64,000 bases of DNA. Origin: an uncultured delta proteobacterium (lineage in GTDB: Bacteria > Myxococcota > UBA727 > VGSZ01). The DNA is taken from the NCBI GenBank assembly GCA_963775425.1, contig CAVZJB010000011.1, positions 416,001 through 480,000 on the forward strand, written 5' to 3'. The notes under the pieces are model-generated. The model ran no database searches and had not been told where the DNA came from. It was given only the letters and a program-made list of their open reading frames with translations. Below, in pieces: positions 61,350 through 64,000 of the stretch (position 1 is the stretch's first letter; each line of letters begins with the position of its first letter). Made by a program: the position numbers and the translations under genes.

Positions 61350-62015
61350 ATGACCCCGGCGCCTCCCGCCCTCGAAGCGCGCGGCCTCACCGTGCGCTTC
61401 GACGGCCGCCCGGTGCTGGACGGCGTGGACTTCGCGCTCGCCGCCGGCGAGATCGCGGTCGTCGAGGGGCCGTCGGGCTGCGGCAAGAGCACCTTCCTGC
61501 GCGCGCTGGGCACGCTCCAACCCGTCGACGCGGGCACGCTCGCCCTCGGCGGTGCCCCCGCCGCGGGGATCGCGCCGCCGGCGTTCCGCGCGCGCGTCGC
61601 GTACGTGCCGCAGACGCCCGTGATGTTCGCCGGCAGCGTGGCCGACAACGTGCGCGCCGGACCGCGGCTGCGCGGCGTCAGGCTCGGCGACGACGACGTC
61701 GCGCGCCTGCTGTCCCGCTCCGCGCTGGCGCCGTCCATGGCGTCGCGCGCGGCGGGCGAGCTGTCGGGCGGCGAGAAGCAGCGCGTGGCCATCGCGCGCG
61801 CGCTGGCCAACGAGCCCGGCGTCATCTTGTTCGACGAGCCGACGTCGGCGCTCGACCCTGAAGCGAGCGCCGGAGTCATCGAGCTCGTCAAGCGCTGCGC
61901 CGCCGGCGGCTGCGGCGTCGTCGTCGTCACCCACGCGCGCGAGCAGGCGCGCGCGCTCGGCGGCACCCGCTACGCGTGCGAAGGCGGCCGCGTGACGAGG
62001 ACGGAGCCTGCATGA
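61350..62015 (+). CDS. fetA: ABC transporter ATP-binding protein (FetA/YbbL-like)
   Basis: GPSGCGKST, LSGGEKQR, FDEPTSALD; adjacent to fetB-like permease. Confidence 0.75.
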   Translation: MTPAPPALEARGLTVRFDGRPVLDGVDFALAAGEIAVVEGPSGCGKSTFLRALGTLQPVDAGTLALGGAPAAGIAPPAFRARVAYVPQTPVMFAGSVADNVRAGPRLRGVRLGDDDVARLLSRSALAPSMASRAAGELSGGEKQRVAIARALANEPGVILFDEPTSALDPEASAGVIELVKRCAAGGCGVVVVTHAREQARALGGTRYACEGGRVTRTEPA

Positions 62016-62806
62016 GCTACGTCCACATCCCGCTCTGGCGCCTGCTCATCGTGCTCGCGCTGGTGCTCACGGCGTCTTTGGCGGTGTCCTGGCGCGCGGG
62101 GCTCGGCCTCGGCAAGGAGCTCGCCATCGGCGTCGCCCGCGGCGCCGTTCAGCTCCTCGCCGTCGGCTACGTCCTCGTCGTGCTCTTCGCCCACGATCTG
62201 CCCGAGTGGGTGCTCTTGATGCTCACGGTGATGCTCCTCGTGGCCGCGTGGACGAGCGCGCGCCGCGTGGAGAGCGGCCCGCCCGTCGCGGTCCTCGTGC
62301 CGCGCACGTGGCTCGCGATCTTCCTCGGCTCGGCGACGGCGCTGGTGCCGGTGTTCGCCCTGGTGGTCACGCCCGATCCGTGGTTCGGCGCGCGCACGGT
62401 GGTGCCCATCAGCGGGATGATCGTCGCCAACGCGATGAACGTCGTCGCCCAGGTGAACGAGCGCCTCTTCGCTACGGCGCGGGCCCAGCGCGCGGAGATC
62501 GAGCAGTGGCTCGCGCTCGGGGCCACGCCCAAGCAGGCGCTCGCGAAGCCCGTGCGCGACGCCGTGCGCGCCTCTTTGATCCCCACCATCAACGGCCTGC
62601 TCACCGTGGGGCTCGTGTCTTTGCCCGGGATGATGACCGGTCAGATCTTGAGCGGTGTCTCCCCCGACGACGCCGTGCGCTACCAGATCGTCATCCTCTA
62701 CCAGCTCGTCACCGTGGCCTCGGTCTCGGGCGGCACCGCCGCCTGGCTCGCGCGCCGCGCCCTGTTCACGCCCGGCGACCAGGTGCGCGCCCTCGGGCCG
62801 AGGTGA
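62012..62806 (+). CDS. fetB: ABC transporter permease, UPF0014 (FetB/YbbM)
   Basis: RGAVQLLAVGYVL, PISGMIVANAMN, LALGATP, GLVSLPGMMTGQILSGVSP..AVRYQI. Confidence 0.88.
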   Translation: MSYVHIPLWRLLIVLALVLTASLAVSWRAGLGLGKELAIGVARGAVQLLAVGYVLVVLFAHDLPEWVLLMLTVMLLVAAWTSARRVESGPPVAVLVPRTWLAIFLGSATALVPVFALVVTPDPWFGARTVVPISGMIVANAMNVVAQVNERLFATARAQRAEIEQWLALGATPKQALAKPVRDAVRASLIPTINGLLTVGLVSLPGMMTGQILSGVSPDDAVRYQIVILYQLVTVASVSGGTAAWLARRALFTPGDQVRALGPR

Positions 62807-63044
62807 GCTCGCCCGCCGCGTCCGCGTCTCGGGCGCCGCCCTACGCAGCGCGGTTTGCAAATCGTCGCACCGTGCGCGTTTCGAACCCATTCGCGACGCC
62901 GGCGTGGGAAGCGCGCCGCTGTGCTCGGCCTTCGCAGCGCCTTCGTTCCTCGTGCCCTCGATCTCTCTCCCATCGCCCGCGGCCCATCCCCGGGGCCGGG
63001 ATTCCGGGGGTTGCCGCGGGCGCGCGGCCTCGTAGCATCCAGGC

Positions 63045-63539
63045 ATGCGCAGCCTCGCCTTCGCCCTCGTCGCGCTCGCCCTGGCGAGCTGTACCCCGCC
63101 CGAAGCCAAGGCCGCCGATGGCCGTTACGTCACCCAGGCGCTCGGCGGCATCGCGATGATCCCCTGGGAGCAGGCCCAGGGCGACTTCACGCAGCTCGCG
63201 CAGCCGGGGGCGCTCACGTTCGTGGAGCTCGCCGGCGTCCACTGCGGCGGCTGCAAGAAGAACATGCTGACCTTCAAGAAGCTCGCGCACGTCCGCCATG
63301 ACGTCGCCATCCGCGTGGTGATGTTCCCGCCGGACGTCTGCGACGACCGCACGACGCCGGAGTGCCGCCAGGCGCAGCAGTGGAGCCGGCAGATCGGCGG
63401 TTGCTACACGCCGACGGTCTGGGCCTTCGCCCCCGACGGCAAGCTGATCGCCCGCGATGACACCTGCAAGGACTCGCGGCCGGGCGCCGGCTTCTTCCAC
63501 GCCTTCGCTGCCCGTGAGCTGAAGCAGTCGGCGAGCTGA
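63045..63539 (+). CDS. Thioredoxin-like lipoprotein
   Basis: LALASC lipobox; HCGGCKK (CxxC); YTPT cis-Pro loop. Confidence 0.6.
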   Translation: MRSLAFALVALALASCTPPEAKAADGRYVTQALGGIAMIPWEQAQGDFTQLAQPGALTFVELAGVHCGGCKKNMLTFKKLAHVRHDVAIRVVMFPPDVCDDRTTPECRQAQQWSRQIGGCYTPTVWAFAPDGKLIARDDTCKDSRPGAGFFHAFAARELKQSAS

Positions 63540-63581
63540 CGCCACGGGAACACGTAGACCTGTGGAAACCACAGGGTGTGA

Positions 63582-64000
63582 TTACCTGGGCCGTTCGAAG
63601 ACCACGAGGTGGCTGAAGCCACGCAGCAGGAAGCCCTCCCGCGCCGCCTGGAGCGTCCCCGGACCCCGCTCGAGGGCCTTGCCGTGCCGGATGATGGCGG
63701 CGTGCTCGATCATCTCGAGCCGGTGGTCCTCGGCGAGGGTGGCGAGCTGGAGCCCGAGGGGGTGGAACGCGCGCTTGCCGGCTTTGGCCTGGAGGACGTC
63801 GCAGACGAACATGGCGAGGACGCCGTCGGGGCGCAGCACCCTGCGGGCCTCCTTGATGACGTCGCCCATGGCCTGCCCCCAGGAGCCGTCGGCGGCGGAG
63901 AGCTTGCCGATGCAGGCGGGGTCGTCGGAGTAGCGCAGGTTGTCCGCGTAGGGCGGGTCGAAGAACACGAGGTCGACGCTGCGGTCCTGCAGCGGGAGCT
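63582..64000 (-). CDS. SAM-dependent amino-methyltransferase (DPPY), partial, extends past right edge
   Basis: LPLQDRSVDLVFFDPPY...EARRVLRPDG. Confidence 0.7.
   Translation of the reverse strand, partial: LPLQDRSVDLVFFDPPYADNLRYSDDPACIGKLSAADGSWGQAMGDVIKEARRVLRPDGVLAMFVCDVLQAKAGKRAFHPLGLQLATLAEDHRLEMIEHAAIIRHGKALERGPGTLQAAREGFLLRGFSHLVVFERPR

Noticed and set aside
63582-64000. Possible restriction-modification or defence locus
   Set aside because: Only a partial DPPY methyltransferase is visible; no nuclease within the window

Overview
Very GC-rich bacterial chromosomal window that looks like Myxococcota/deltaproteobacterial DNA (double PilZ proteins, membrane Ser/Thr kinases, Cys-rich lipoproteins, FHA-GGDEF). 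Housekeeping genes (etfBA, ftsK, map, rpsF, rplI, groES-groEL with CIRCE, fabH, dapD, fetAB) are interspersed with many secreted or lipoprotein accessory genes. No rRNA, tRNA, CRISPR array or intact transposase/integrase was seen. The standout is a 2292-aa predicted lipoprotein with 53 CxxCH heme-binding motifs (hand count), built as 5 hemes plus two tandem copies of a 24-heme unit. A second recurring pattern is four lipoproteins with (Gly-Glu)n linkers and variable C-terminal domains. Two lie directly downstream of paralogous signal-peptide/C-terminal-hairpin partner genes, and two nearby Ser/Thr kinases share an unrecognised 4-Cys C-terminal domain. Other oddities: rpsF-rplI without rpsR, an orphan NuiA-like fusion, a frameshifted DUF1684 gene and several long intergenic inverted repeats. 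All product calls come from reading motifs by eye, not database searches.
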